Positions 12,404-25,740 of a stretch of 64,000 nt of DNA are shown here, one piece after another. Source of the DNA: Podarcis muralis (taxonomy: Eukaryota); contig NC_135666.1 of the NCBI RefSeq assembly GCF_964188315.1, positions 40,982,001 through 41,046,000 of the forward strand, in the 5' to 3' direction. The position numbers were made by a program, and so were the translations under genes. How positions within the stretch are numbered: position 1 is the stretch's first letter; each line of letters opens with the position of its first letter. The notes beneath the pieces are model-generated. The model did not search any database, was not told the origin of the DNA, and saw only the letters and a list, made by a program, of their open reading frames with translations.

Positions 12404-12740
12404 GGGACACGGGTGGCGCTGTGTTCTAAACAACAGAGCCTAGGGCTTGCCGATCAGAAGGCTGGCGGTTCGAATCCCTGCAACGGGGTGAGCTCCCGTT
12501 GTTCGGTCCCAGCTCCTGCCCACCCAGCAGTTCGAAAGCACGTCAAAAGTGCAAGGAGATAAATAGGTACCGTTTCCATGCGTTGCTTTGGTTCACCAGA
12601 AGCGGCTTAGTCATGCTGGCCACATGACCTAGAATCTGTCTGCAGACAAACGCCGGCTCCCTCGGCCAGTAAAGCGAGATGAGTGCACAACCCCAGAGTC
12701 GTCCACGACTGTACCTAACGGTCAGGTGTACCTTTACCTT
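12404..12740 (+). mobile_element. Sauria SINE, full length with small internal deletion
   Basis: Perfect 15-bp TSD TAAGTATGAACTCCT (12389-12403 and 12741-12755); ACCTTT tail. Confidence 0.95.
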
Positions 12741-12796
12741 TAAGTATGAACTCCTACATGACTAAGGCATAAAACACTGTGTTGCACTGCTAAATT

Positions 12797-12908
12797 AAAG
12801 GTAAAGGTAAAGGACCCCTGACAGTTAAGTCCAGTCGCAAACAACTATAGGGTTGTGGCACTCATCTCACTTTACTGGCCGAGGGAGCCGACGTTTGTCC
12901 ACAGACAG
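12797..12908 (-). mobile_element. Sauria SINE, 5'-truncated 3' end
   Basis: AAAGGTAAAGGTAAAGG tail; reverse complement matches the SINE 3' ~110 bp. Confidence 0.9.
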
Positions 12909-13094
12909 TTTGTCTTAAAGCTAAGAAATGCAGCTAAATGCACAGGTGCACAACTAGTTGTTGTCTTATGAGTCCAGGGAGTAAAGGTACAAGAAACATA
13001 TACTGAAACGTTTTTTGGAAAGACTATCAAGAGTTTATCAGACAAAATTCTGAAGCACTTTCCCTGTGAAAACCTGCCCTTTACTGCTGAACCA

Positions 13095-13266
13095 GAGTGA
13101 CCAGCAATCTGCAAAAAGCCCAAACTGCCATTTGCTTTGATTCAGCATTAAAGAGCAAGCTTTCCTGGCGAAAGGGGTGAGGCAAAAAAAGTGCTCAGAC
13201 AGGGAACTTTAAAGTGCACACCTGTGCCTAGAAAGTGTGGGGCAAAAGTTAAATGTGGATAAGCCC
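13095..13266 (+). mobile_element. Diverged partial copy of the PIF/Harbinger MITE at 17199
   Basis: Shares CCCAAA(C/T)TGCCATTTGCT(T/C)TGATT and the right TIR AAATGTGGATAAGCCC. Confidence 0.55.
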
Positions 13267-14309
13267 CTAGAGATCTCTAGATTTCCCCCAACTTCTGCCT
13301 TTCCTTTGGTGCAAGATAGAAGCAGCAAAGCAGCAACAAGAAGCCCTCCTACACACACAATTTTCATATTCAGTTATTCACACTGCAGAACCAATGTTTT
13401 GCAATTTTGCAGTCATCAGCACTGAGGCTGCTACCCTGAAATTACTATATATTATGTATCCCTCATTCATTTATGGATATTCAAAATGTACTTGCCCTTT
13501 GGTACACCCAACCTCCAGACTTTTAAATTAACCGTAATTACATTTTGTTAGATGTGTTTTAATGTTAGAAATATTTGAAATCTAAAAACCTCTGCTATTT
13601 CGGAATCAAGTGCATAACCTTAATGTAGGAGGCCCTCCAGTAATGAGCTACTTTTATATATTCCCCCACTGTTACAGCTCCAGAAAGCTACTCCTCTAGA
13701 AAATCAAACTGAACATAGGACCCAATTTTTTTCTCCCTCACATAGCAACTGCAATTATCATCTGATTGGCTGATTTATTCAGCCTTCCATAATGCTACCT
13801 TTCTTTGTGACAGTGATTTCAACAAGTAAAATAGCACCTGTTTCAAGGGGTGGAAAGTTTTCACAAGGAGACTTTATTAAACACTGGATAAATTGCCAAT
13901 CAAATGGAAACCTCCATGGTTTCGGTGGGGGAAGAAGAAACACAATTTCAACATATACAGTTCACATGGTCATCTAAACCTTTCATTTATTTTCCTAGTT
14001 AAATTTCACTCTAATTTTTGAATTACACATTCTGAAACAAAAGCATTGACCTGCAAACGAGGATGTGCTTTTCTATTTCTAGATATGAAGTGAGAATTGT
14101 GCATATTGAACACCTGTATTCATATAAATAAAATCAAGGAAAACCTCTCTATGTGCATGTTTGGCGGATGGGAACTAACATCCAAACTACAAAACTGGGA
14201 ACACACACACATTCCTATAACACCCAAGAATTATGAGACATTTCTTAAAATTAATATTTAAAGTAAAAATAAAAATTTTCTAGAGATGATACAAGACAAA
14301 AAGCAGCTT

Positions 14310-14375
14310 ATAGTTATTATTATTATATTTTAGTATTTATACCTCGCACATCTGGCTGGGTTTCCCCAGCCACTC
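14310..14375 (-). mobile_element. L2-type LINE 3' tail fragment
   Basis: TATTTATACCTCGCACATCTGGCTGGGTTTCCCCAGCCACTC is the reverse complement of the tail seen at 61297-61350. Confidence 0.6.
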
Positions 14376-16147
14376 ATTAATTCTCATTAATTTTAGTTGA
14401 AAATAATATCATGGCACCTTATATAAAACTAATGCTTTCCTGAAACACAATTTAAAGCAGAAATCTTTGTAACAGCTCCAGCTGAAGCAAAATGGGAGCA
14501 CACTTACCTGCCCTTAAGTCTCTCCCCTCAGATTAGCTGAAAACTTCCTATTGACTGTTCTTTATCTTGTGAACAAAATAAATAAACGAAACTTGAGTGG
14601 GTGAGAATAATGTTGCCAACTTGAGTGTTTTCACCTTGTACCTGTTGCTAGGGAAACCACTTCTTTTGTCCGTATACAATCAAAACAGCAGCTTTGCTGA
14701 ACTTGGAATTAAAGAGCTGTGATTGGGTCTCAACTCCGAAATGAAAAAGGAAGAAAAGTGGCATGAGGAATATAAAAAGAGTATCAGAAATAATGCAGGA
14801 TCAAAAAAAAAAAAAAAAAAAGATCGGGTTTACTCATTTGTCCTTTTATTCCTTGATTATATGAAAATAAAGGAATGGTAAATCCAAACTAGGATGATCC
14901 TTTTCTGGTCACCCTAAAACAAGCATTTTGCATATATAAAGAACCCTGAGACACCTGCAACAAATTTCTGCAACAAAAAGCATCTGTGGTTCAAACCCCA
15001 CTTTGTCAGGTACATGAACCTTGCAAGTTGGCAGCAAACCTCAAAAACCAACCACATACTAGGCACAAATTCTGAATATTGTGCTTTCTGATTTGGTGCT
15101 TAGTTACATTCTGACTGCATGGGCCGTTGATAAGATGCATGCAGCTTGGATTAATGTGTGTTGTCTTAGTTGCTAAGAGACTGCTTTTTTTGCATGTTTG
15201 GTAGTCTCAGTTTCCATCTGACACCGATGACTGAGTAACAGAACTACTAGAACTGGCATTCTGAGAGCAAACAACATATATATGGAAGAAAAAAATCTTG
15301 CACAAATTTAATGGCATATGGGAGGCTTTGAATACAACATGATTGCCCCCCAACGGCATTTGCTATATGACCTGGAGCTCCATCTGACTCTTTACCAGTC
15401 AACACAGAAACCGACCCTCCAATAAAATGAATGAAGCTATCACCCTGCATTAAGGCTTGTTAGATCAGACCAAAAACCCATCTAATTCAGCATCTACTTT
15501 AGGGTGGTCATGCAAGCTACATTTCGCTAGAGTCCTCTCATCTACACAATTATTAAAGTGCAGGAACCCTGGCTTCTTTTCCACATGGTCAGTCTAATCC
15601 TGTTCCTATAGTGCGTAATTGGGACCTTCCAGGAAGCCCACAAGAAAGACTTGAAGGAAATACAGTAACTCTTTCCCTCATTGTTGTTCCCCTAGAAATA
15701 ATATTCAGAGGCATATGGCTTCTGAACATGCCCTAGTATTAATGGAAGTTGGGGGTCTCCAGTTCCATTTCAGATTCACTTTTGGCACAGAGAAAATGTT
15801 TTTACGTCCCGCAAGTAGACAGCTTGATATCTATTATTCTAAGGATGAACAGAACAGTAACTCAATACACCACATGGCATTTATGGCATTATAATGGAAA
15901 CAGACATGTAATGCACTCACATATCTGATTGTTGAAGCATCTGATCACATCTCAAACTTCCCTTAGAGGAAAATGCAAAGCCAGTGTATGAGGTTTGGCT
16001 TACAGAGCAAAGAGAGCTTTTAATTTTCTCCCTCCACCATCTGCCAGTCAATATTTGGAATACTTAGTCTTCATTGTAGCCTAAATTGCTGAAATTATAG
16101 GAGGTTTTCCAAAGGAACTTCAAGAGTGAGCTATTTCCAAATCTTAC

Positions 16148-16153
16148 TTGAAT
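16148..16153 (-). CDS. Candidate 6-nt microexon ATTCAA
   Basis: TGCTGGTATTTTGTCCTCGCAG|ATTCAA|GTAAGA. Confidence 0.25.
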
Positions 16154-17198
16154 CTGCGAGGACAAAATACCAGCATTCAGATTGAACAAACTCAGTTGGG
16201 GCAATTCAAGAGATCGGATCCATACGATCTTTGAATAAGCAGCTGACCTTCTTAATAACAGAAGTGTTCACACCATTCACTGCTGGAAAGAAAATTGTTA
16301 TATTTTTGTCACTCTTTCTCTGCTTTTGAGGCATTCTGTATTCAGTATATTACCCTTAATGATAAAATGAAATGGCTTCAGCCAGCAAGTATTTTCCCCT
16401 GTGGGTAGGTATTAACAATTTACTTTTTGCAGAGGAGTGCACAAATATGATTAGCTTTTGCAAATTGCTGCTTATTCTGTTACTTGTAAGTAATTTTAAT
16501 ATTATTAACCGTGTAAACAGATGCTTTTCCTCACTATATATACAGCAGTAATGAGCTAGTTTAATGTGTGAAAGACAACAAAGCAACTTCAAGAATGAGC
16601 TATTTCCGTGAATATTTTAATTTCCCTTGAAATCTATCATGAAAACCAACCATGAACAAATTACTTGACAAGTCCTCCTGTGTCAAAACTGGGAGTTTTA
16701 AAAAGTAGTTGTTCATAAGAATGTTACACAACTTTAAATTAACTGTTCTGAAACATCTAAATCTAAACCTTGCTTTCTCATTACTCACTAAATTCCTCCA
16801 GGGGTGGGGGAACAATTGGCATATTTTTTATGAGACACAACCACCCAGAATTGACAAAAATCATACAGGAGATTTCAAAATCATGGACAAAATGGGCGTT
16901 GGGTGTGAATCACAGAATAGCATTAGGAGAGGTATAACTGTTAGATTGTGTTGATGAAAAAGTCGGACTACACCCAATTTTCTTCATCTAGCATTTTGTT
17001 TAAGTAGATATACAAAAACTCTTCAAGTGAATCACCTATACCATTCATTTAAATAATTTGGTTTATGTTTCCTGGACTGATTCCAAATCTTTACCTTAAC
17101 CTTGATTTATTTACTTTTTAGGACTAGTAGCCATTTGATCCAATAGTATAATGTTGGAACTGGGGGCTTTTAAGCATGAAATGTCCTTCCTAGGTTTA

Positions 17199-17448
17199 GG
17201 GCTCATCCACATTTCTGCTTGTCTCAGGTCTGAGCAGTTTTCCACTTGACCCACACTTTCTAGGCATGGGTCCGAGTGGTTTTGTCCTTGCTTTGCTCCA
17301 TTCCTAGGGAAAACCCACTCTTGAGCTCTGAGTCGGAGCAAATGTCAATCCGGAGAAAACCCAAATTGCCATTTGCTCTGATTGAGCGCTAGAGAGCAGT
17401 TTCCCCCAGGAGAAAGAAGTGGGACAAGAAAAAAATGTGGATAAGCCC
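17199..17448 (+). mobile_element. PIF/Harbinger-type MITE
   Basis: 16-bp TIR GGGCT(C/T)ATCCACATTT (15/16 match) with TTA duplication on both sides. Confidence 0.8.
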
Positions 17449-17746
17449 TTATTTGTAAGAAAGTGGTCAGGCCAAACTAATTTTAAGTAGCTCCACCACT
17501 GCATGAGATGCAGGTGGTCAAGCAATAAATCACTCCACTTAGATGTGCAGTCTTACAAAAAATCCCCTCCTCAATGGAAAAAAAACACAGCAGTTGTGAA
17601 GCCACATTATTTATATTTGCACAATTTCCTTCTCAGAGGAGCCGATGTGGTTCTTAGATAGTCTTCAGTTAGTGGGGGCTGGGAAGATGGTATAGAGGGT
17701 AGCTATGTTTTGGGCAATTGTTTTTATCTGTAAGTTGCCTTGAGTC

Positions 17747-17892
17747 NNNNNNNNNNNNNNNNNNNNNNNNNNNNNNNNNNNNNNNNNNNNNNNNNNNNNN
17801 NNNNNNNNNNNNNNNNNNNNNNNNNNNNNNNNNNNNNNNNNNNNNNNNNNNNNNNNNNNNNNNNNNNNNNNNNNNNNNNNNNNNNNNNNNNN
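17747..17892. other. Assembly gap (146 N)
   Basis: Run of N. Confidence 1.
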
Positions 17893-18224
17893 CCAGGGGC
17901 CAGATGTGTCCCAATCACCTTCTCAATCCAGCCCGCGGGCGGTCTGGGAATCAGCGTGTTTTTACATGAGTAGAATGTGTCCTTTTATTTAAAATGCATC
18001 TCTGGGTTATTTGTGGGGCCTGCCTGGTGTTTTTACATGAGTAGAATATGTGCTTTTATTTAATGCATCTCTGGGTTATTTGTGGGGCATAGGAATTCAT
18101 TCATTCCCCCCCCCCCAAAAAAAAAAAATAATTATATATATATATATATATAGTCCGGCCTACCACATACATGATCTGAGGGATGGTGGACCGGCCCACG
18201 GCTGAAAAAGGTTGTTGACCCCTG
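17893..18224 (+). mobile_element. hAT-type non-autonomous DNA transposon (left end in gap) with internal ~62-bp duplication
   Basis: Right end GTTGTTGACCCCTG; homologous to 33240-33482. Confidence 0.8.
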
Positions 18225-19429
18225 ATATATATACACACACACACACATACATATGCTGCTACCATTTTGCACATGTCCAACTGACAAGCGACTGCCAATG
18301 CACGGGTCCTTTTTAGACTCAGAAAAGGGCAGAATGGAGCTCAGGTGGGGCGAAACAGGGCAGAATGGGGTGGAGCAGTCTCCACCAATGCACCTGGGAA
18401 CCAGGAACGGAACCCCCGTGCAAAATGTTTGCTGCCCGTACACACACACCCAAAATAGGAAGAGCTGCCACTCAGCAGTGCAGTCATAACCATCCACTTC
18501 ATCTGATCAACTACTACTGTCTCCCATCCTGACAGCTGATAGGGCTAGACCTGCATCAGCACAGACCCGAACCATGTGCCTTCAGACCCCATTCACATAA
18601 TTTAATTTAAAAAGCAAGAGATAATCCATTGAGAAAACTGTGCTTGTATTAAGTAACGCTCATGTTAGGTAATGATAGAAAACCATAGCACTTGAACACA
18701 GCCACTCTGTTCTCAACAAGTACATTCAATGGTACATTGTCTGATATTGTGCAATGTAGTTATTTCCTGTCATTACGAGTTTCACATTAGGCAGGTGAGT
18801 GACCAACTTCCACTTTGCAGACCATCCCGAACTCAACCTTACAAACAATGCAACTTTATTATATGACTTCTGCTCTGCTTCCTCTTGCCCAGTGTTTTCT
18901 TCCTCTGCGTGTCTTGATTCATTAAGATAATATTTTACCTTTAATCATTATCCCATCACAGCATTGTAACTGATTAGTTGCACCATAATGTGCAGATTTA
19001 TCCCTTGGATGTATTTTAGTTTTCTATAATGAACAAATTCCACAGGTCTCCTTTCTGCTGAAAGAACTTTACTAACAAATGCCTAACCTTGCAGAATATC
19101 TCTGCTTACCAAACCACAAACTATACAAAAAGCCCAGCATTCTGGAAAGCATTTTGGTAATAGCAAATGTCACATACTTCTCTCATTAGTTTTAGTGGGT
19201 GGGCCTATTAATTATGATTTGCTTTAAATATTTTTGAAATACCATTCTTTCCAAGTAATAATTTAGCTACGTAAAGCACATCTTCCAGAGGTTCTGTCTT
19301 CTGTAAAATGGGGAACTGACATTCCTTGCAAATGTGAGTTACAGCAAAATCTGTGGTGAAACAATTATTAGATATGCACAACACTGTTCATTGTGCTTAT
19401 CTATTTACCCTTCATGGCTTCTGACTCAG

Positions 19430-19625
19430 TGGCCTGGTTTGCACTTAGCGTTAAACCATGGTTTACATAAACAGTACTTAATAAACCATGGCTTAGTATT
19501 ATGTGCAAATCCAGCACAGTGCCTTAACTATGTTTTCTTTGCTATGGTTTGTTAGCAAAAAAAAAATAACCTGACCTAAACTATGGTTTAATGTGAACTC
19601 AGACAGATTCTGAACTATGGTTTAA
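19430..19625. repeat. Old MITE-like repeat rich in AAACCATGGTTT-type palindromes
   Basis: Motif variants recur here and near 20820, 24400-24580, 51180 and 56980-57330. Family unassigned; boundaries approximate. Confidence 0.45.
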
Positions 19626-19630
19626 GTATA

Positions 19631-19668
19631 TGTTTGTTTGTTTGTTTGTTTGTTTGTTTGTTTGTTTG
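19631..19668. repeat. (TTTG)n microsatellite
   Basis: Direct reading. Confidence 0.9.
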
Positions 19669-22600
19669 TCCCATTCACATTGCACTGTAAGCTACAGAGA
19701 TGATACCAAGAGTGGCTGAAAAATGAAATTACCCAGCAGATCCTGCTGGGTGTGTTAGCAAAGATGATGTCATTGCTAGTTCTGCCTGGTAAAATGATAT
19801 TTTCCTCACTCAACTCCTCTACTTCCAGCATCTTAAAGGGACTTCTGTCCCTTCTTAACAGATTGCATCTCTTTACAGAGGTTTCTTCGCTGTGATCTGC
19901 CTTTACTGCGCAGCTGGGATGTGGAGAGGAAAGCTTAAACAGAACGTTAAAGGGGCTATTGTCCTTTATGACCAGCTTTCATCACTTTACTCAAATGTTT
20001 TACTCAAGTTTTAAAAAAACAAACTGCTGCTAGCACTTTACAAATCATGGCTGTTCAAATTAGCATGGTGCTTTTAAAAATGTTTTAAAAGCAAGAATAC
20101 CTCAGCTGAGATAGCCACATTGTTTGTTAAGTATGCAACACACCCACCCACCACATATTTATTTTAAGTCCCCCCCCCCCCCCAAGCAGCAGGGATGTTA
20201 GCAACAGCAGCAGCACAGACTCCCTTGGAACGAACCCAAACTTTATAAACACATGGACACAATGTGGTCCCACCCTTCAATCTTTTCCCTCAAGAGAGAA
20301 ATGTCAAGTTATGGGACATGAAATCTTGCCTGCTAAAGAGCTTAAGTTCCTTCTCTCCATTTTTTTTCTTTTCCAGAATGTTTGCCACAATGTTTGATTG
20401 CATCTTCCCAATGAGGTATATTCAAACACTTCACTTTTTTTGGGGGGGGGCGTGATTTGGGTACCATCTAAAGGGTGGGGAGTAATGGTGCAGAGTAACA
20501 TTTAAGGTGACAGAGGAAAGAGTTAAAAACTTTGAGTGGAAACTGGCAATTGAAAACAATAGGCAGAGAGCTCTGAGAACGTTTCTACACCCTTACTCTC
20601 AGAGACAGCCAATGGAATGGGCCCTTGGGACGTGGTGAAGCCACAGCAGTAGTAGGGTGCTGCAAATATTTTTGGTATTTCAAGTAGGGTGTGTGAAGGA
20701 GCAAGAGGAAGATGGTAAGCAGGCAGCAGCAGAGGGGGAACAAGCCACACTTTCACAAAACAACCCAAGGTTGGTTTGATCATCTGCAGGGTCACTTATA
20801 GTTTAAGTGAGGTTTGTTTTATGAACTATGGTTTAGCTTTGGCTCAGCATCACTTGTGAAGCAGGCCATTGTGCCTATTTATCAGAGGCTCTGCCATGAG
20901 TTTAATCTGAACTTGTGTGGTGTCCAGCAGGACCATACCACTGGTGCAAAGTCATTTCCAGTGCAAAGAATGTCCTGGCATCACTTCAACCCACTCATAC
21001 AACCGTTCTGCCAAGCAACATAAATACTTAGGAGAATACGAGATGTATCTGCACTCTGGCTGCAATGATTCCAATGCAACTTTTCCGCCAAGGCTACAAT
21101 GCTATGACATTGTTCGTTCTTAATGTCCCCAGTCTCTCTCCCCCCCCCCCATACACCCAGTCTTTAACAGTAATTGCTCCAGATTCTGGATTACTGCCAC
21201 ATCTGCTCACAACTAATAAATGAAAGTCTATCATATTTCCAATATGAACCAGATATTTTCCCTTCCAGCTCACAGACTTAAGATGTATTATCACCTTCAG
21301 GCTTCTTATACATGGTGAAACTAATAGGCTTCTTCAAGCGTATCACTAGTCGGGGAAAGGCTTAAAGCCGGCAAGCTAAGCCAGGGGCTTTCTGGTGCAA
21401 ATTTGCCAGTAGGGCAAGAAGTTGTCCACTGGGAATGAATTAGAATCTACAGCGGAACAGTTTATTCAGCTGAAAGGGAACATTCCTTTCAGCCTACCTA
21501 ATGCACATGTATTGTTAACTCGTGTGGGTTCCATGAGTTCAGCAGAGGAACTGTGGACTGCAGTTCAAAGAAGGTTTAGTGGCAGGAACCTAGGTTTGCA
21601 CATACAAGCTAGTTCCCTGCAATGAGAGGCAAGCAGGTTTTCTTTCTTTAGGGGTGGGGAGATCTCTCATCTGTCCTTACCCCCTTCCTTTGTTTCACTC
21701 CAGGTCTTAAACTATGTACAGCACATTTTAAAAAATAGCATTGGAACTTCTTTTTCTAGCAGCATAATAATGTATTAAAATATGCGCCTCCACCAATATC
21801 AATCCTACTAAAGGTCTTTACACCACTTGGAACACTTTCCCTCTGCAGATACTAACAGATGTGGGCCTTATTCACCTCTACAACTGAGTGGGAAAACACT
21901 TAATTCTGTTGCTCTTGCCAGCATTTTGAATTGTCCCGCCTCTTCCATGTGGCTAGGGAAGATCTGCCATGAGAAATTTTAGGATATATCAAAACAATGG
22001 ACAGGATAGGCACATTTATCCAACAGATAATTGAAAATAGGTAATATCCTAAAGATTATAGAAACCCTATAATTCTGACACATCTGGAAATCCTACTTGG
22101 TTGAGACTCTACACTAGCATAATATTTAAAATGGTCCTGACTCAAGCTCTTTTATACTTTTAAGGCCCTGCCATCAGCCAGTTTAGCTTATTAGAACTGA
22201 AAGAGCCTGCAGAAGGAACTTATTATCTTTGACAATATTTGCTTCATCCTACAGAACGAATTAAACTGCATGTGCATAGTTGCGTAAGATTTGCAAAGGT
22301 TACAGCTCCTCTTCTTTTTTTTAGGCATTAATTTAACATGCAGGTTAAAAAGAAAATTGGAGATAGTACTTCTTGTTTCTGTAATTGATTAAGGGGCTGG
22401 CTTTACTTATGCCTGTTCGGTGTATCTCCATTGATTGCAGTGCATGAGCAACACACAAAAAGCATAGCAAAACAGATTAGAAACTGGCCACAAATATCAG
22501 TGTAGCATTGCCTTATCCTATTTGGTGTTGATACAAGAGAATCTCACAAGCAGACACTGAATCACTCCCAGTTCAAAGGACCCTAAAGTGCCAATCCATC

Positions 22601-22903
22601 ACTCATCACTTGGTAAATGCACTTTTGCACATGCTGAATACCCTGTGGTGAAACTAAAGGCCAGCCTTTTCCTACAGGCAATTCATGTTTCAGTACACAG
22701 CACATTTAAATGCAGTCATCCTCTGTTAGTCCGGCAATTCAACAAAAACGTGTTGGGAGGAACATAGCGCAGTAGCTCTAGTCGCAACTACTCTTCCCCG
22801 TTAAAATTAAGGTGTTTGCTTTATAGTGTTTGCAGCATAAAGTGGTTGAACATTTTGTAAGAAAGAGAGGTCACATGACTCAATGCAGAGGGTTGGATTA
22901 GAG

Positions 22904-23039
22904 CAGTGGTGGCCAAACTCGGCCCTCCAGATGTTTTGAGACTACAACTCCCATCATCCCTAGCTAACAGAACCATTGGTCAGGGATGATGGGAATTATA
23001 GTCCCAAAACATCTGGAGGGCCGAGTTTGGCCACCACTG
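22904..23039. mobile_element. Palindromic hAT MITE (136 bp) inserted into a CR1-type tail
   Basis: Perfect 8-bp TSD GATTAGAG; long inverted arms. The flanks join to GAGGGTTGGATTAGAGGAACCTCAGGGTCCCTTCCAACTCTACAATTCTATG. Confidence 0.93.
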
Positions 23040-23168
23040 GATTAGAGGAACCTCAGGGTCCCTTCCAACTCTACAATTCTATGATTTTAAGTTTCCAAGA
23101 TGCTGTGCACAAAAATTCTAATAATCAGTGCTTACAGAATTCGCTCTCTCATGGCACATTTTTCCTAC

Positions 23169-23192
23169 CTGTGAATTTGGATTTCCCCAATC
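23169..23192 (-). CDS. Candidate 24-nt microexon
   Basis: TTTGCATTTTGCTGTACATTTTGGGTTTTCCTAG| acceptor and CAG|GTAGGA donor; all three frames are open. Confidence 0.2.
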
Positions 23193-25574
23193 CTAGGAAA
23201 ACCCAAAATGTACAGCAAAATGCAAACCCTATCTGCTTCCACCTGGTGTGCTGCTGTTTACAATCTTTTCAGTTAAGGTGGCACCAGAAATATCTGTGTG
23301 ATCTGACACAAGCAGGATTTGGGTGGGAATCCAGAGTTTCTGTTTGTTTGCAGAATGGAAGGAAAAGGAGGAGGGCTTTGTGCTGCTTTCCCACTTCCAG
23401 TCACTCACTGTAGACTGGAGAAAAGACCTGGAGGAGAAGGCATGGCTTTGCTTTGGATAGAAGATGAAGGTTTATATGCAAGGCCACCTTATAGCTTCTT
23501 AAACCTTGCGAGCACTTTGGCTTCCAAATGCCCTCACAAAGCAGTGGTTTGGGTCCTTTAGGACTCAAAGGAGCCACACTGAATTGGCTGTTTGGCTTGT
23601 GAAACTGTGGATTGAATTCGGATTCCTGCCTTTGTGTGGACCTGCCCTCTAAATCAACATCTAATTCAGAGCCCATTGAGACTGTCTAAAAGCCATAAAT
23701 CCAGCTTAGAACTTAAGAAAAAGCCAAGAACTTCTGTGGAGGAAACAGTGCAGACTACCACAACGGGCTAAGAACAAATTAAAATTAAACAGATTTGCAT
23801 GTCTACCAAAATGCACAAGGGGCAAGCTTTGATCATGGCTGGTTTGGACATAATGATAAGCTTTAGGTGAGCCTTGGGCTCGTGTGCTCCCACCGCTTTC
23901 TCAAGCACAGCTGTAAGGCACTTGGAAGCTTCTGTTTCAGATTTGCCAAAACCAGAAGCAACTCATCCAGTGAGATGGAGCCACAGTAGCTTCTTAACAG
24001 TGGCTTTGCTGAAGCTTACTGAGAGGGAGAGCTGGCAATATATTGGTTGTGCGGGCCCAATGGTGGAGCCATTCTGGCACTCCTCCTGGTACCTCCACAA
24101 AGTTCTCCTTCCCTCTGCACCACCTTTTCCTTCCGTCCTGGTAACTGGCTAGCATTAATGTTCCACCAGGTGAGTCACTTTAGACTACAACCATGATTTG
24201 TTGAAACAAACCAATTGCAAACCGTAGTCAAAGAAGTTGGCGTGTTCCAACAAGATATAGTTAAGACGAATCACAATTTAGGGTTCGGCTACAACACTAA
24301 ACTTTGGTTAATTTAAAAAGGGAGCAGGATATTCCCCTGGTGGGCACAACAGGGAATAGTGCACAAGTCTATGCCTTCCTGAGGTCTGTCTTCGTAATCA
24401 TGGTTTAATGTTAAGTGCAAACTGGGCCATTGTCTTCAAACAGCGAACCTTGTGCAGCACGATCCTATTTATGCTTTCAAGAAGTAAACCCTACAGTTTC
24501 AGTGAGGTTTATGTTCAGGTATGTGGGCATCAGGTTTAGACATAAGAAGCTACAGTTACTACTGTGTATAAACCATGGATTTGGCCAGGCAGAACCTGAA
24601 TAATAAACATCAAATGCCTTGTCATTTTTAAGTAATGTTCAATAATCCATCTCAAGGGAGATAAAAATTTCATTTGCCATACTTCATATTTCTCTGCAGC
24701 TCCAAATACTGATATTCACTTATTGCTGTTGCTTTGCAACTGCTTATCATTACAATGGGCTTCATTGTAAGCATTTATCACCACATACAATTTTGATAGA
24801 AACATTATATTACAGGATAAATAGATGAATAATGACAGATAAATTATGGCAATCTGTTCAACTAGGATTATAATAGAAAAGAGATATCAGATCTGAGTAT
24901 ACAGCAGCCAGATTTCTTTTTATTCTTTTCTTTTAAAGAGCAGTGAGGACTGACAGGTCTTTGGAAAAGTAATACAGTTTGCTATAAACTTTTAATACCA
25001 CAACATGGTCATATTGATTATCAAACCATAAAAAATAAATAAAGTGCTACAAAGTGAAATATGTTTGTGTGTGCAAGTGATGGAAATCTGGTTCAAGGAA
25101 AAGATTTACTCAAGAAGACAAATAGTGTTTGCTACCCTGAGATCATTCAATTTGTGTTAAGAAAAATCATCAGGTTAGAACACAACAAAGCAAGTTCTCT
25201 GGAGTGAGTGCTTCATCTTTTAAAAATTACTGTATGCCCATTACTGGCTTATTAAAAGAAAACATTTGCCAGTGGTTTTATAATATTCTGTGAAACAGAA
25301 TAAGTGATACTGAATTTTGCAGGTCTAATGGAAATTTGATACCATCTGTTTCCTAGCATTGCTTAAGGTAATTAACATAATTGATCACTGTCCTAAAATA
25401 TGGCCAGAAGGAATAGGAAAACTAGCTTTTACTAATTAAACCATTTATAGAGGGGGAAAATATGAGATTTTAATCAAGTCCCTTTCTTGTGGTTAGACTC
25501 TAATACTTTAATTTGTCATTTCTACTTGGTGCTTTGGAAATATCATATTTATAGGAAATATAACATTATCCATA

Positions 25575-25740
25575 TTCATTCATTCAATCAATTTTTATAC
25601 CACCCTTCACCTGAAGATCAGAGGGCAGTTTACAATATAAGAACACAAAAATACGTAACATAGTAACAAACAAAAAACAAAAAACAATAACCTGTCCACA
25701 CACAGTTTAAAAGGGCATAGATTGCTTAATTGGCCAAAGG
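25575..25740 (-). mobile_element. L2-type LINE 3' end
   Basis: ATTC/AATC microsatellite tail followed by TTTATACCACCCTTCACCTGAAGATCAGAGGGCAGTTTACA. Confidence 0.65.

Noticed and set aside
13769-13782. 14-mer GCTGATTTATTCAG (PBX-HOX-like) repeated at 40112
   Set aside because: Several exact 14-mer matches are expected by chance in 64 kb of AT-rich DNA.
14508-14570. Strong minus-strand donor CAG|GTAAGT
   Set aside because: All frames from nearby acceptors contain stops; the same applies to the 92-nt candidate near 14640-14733.
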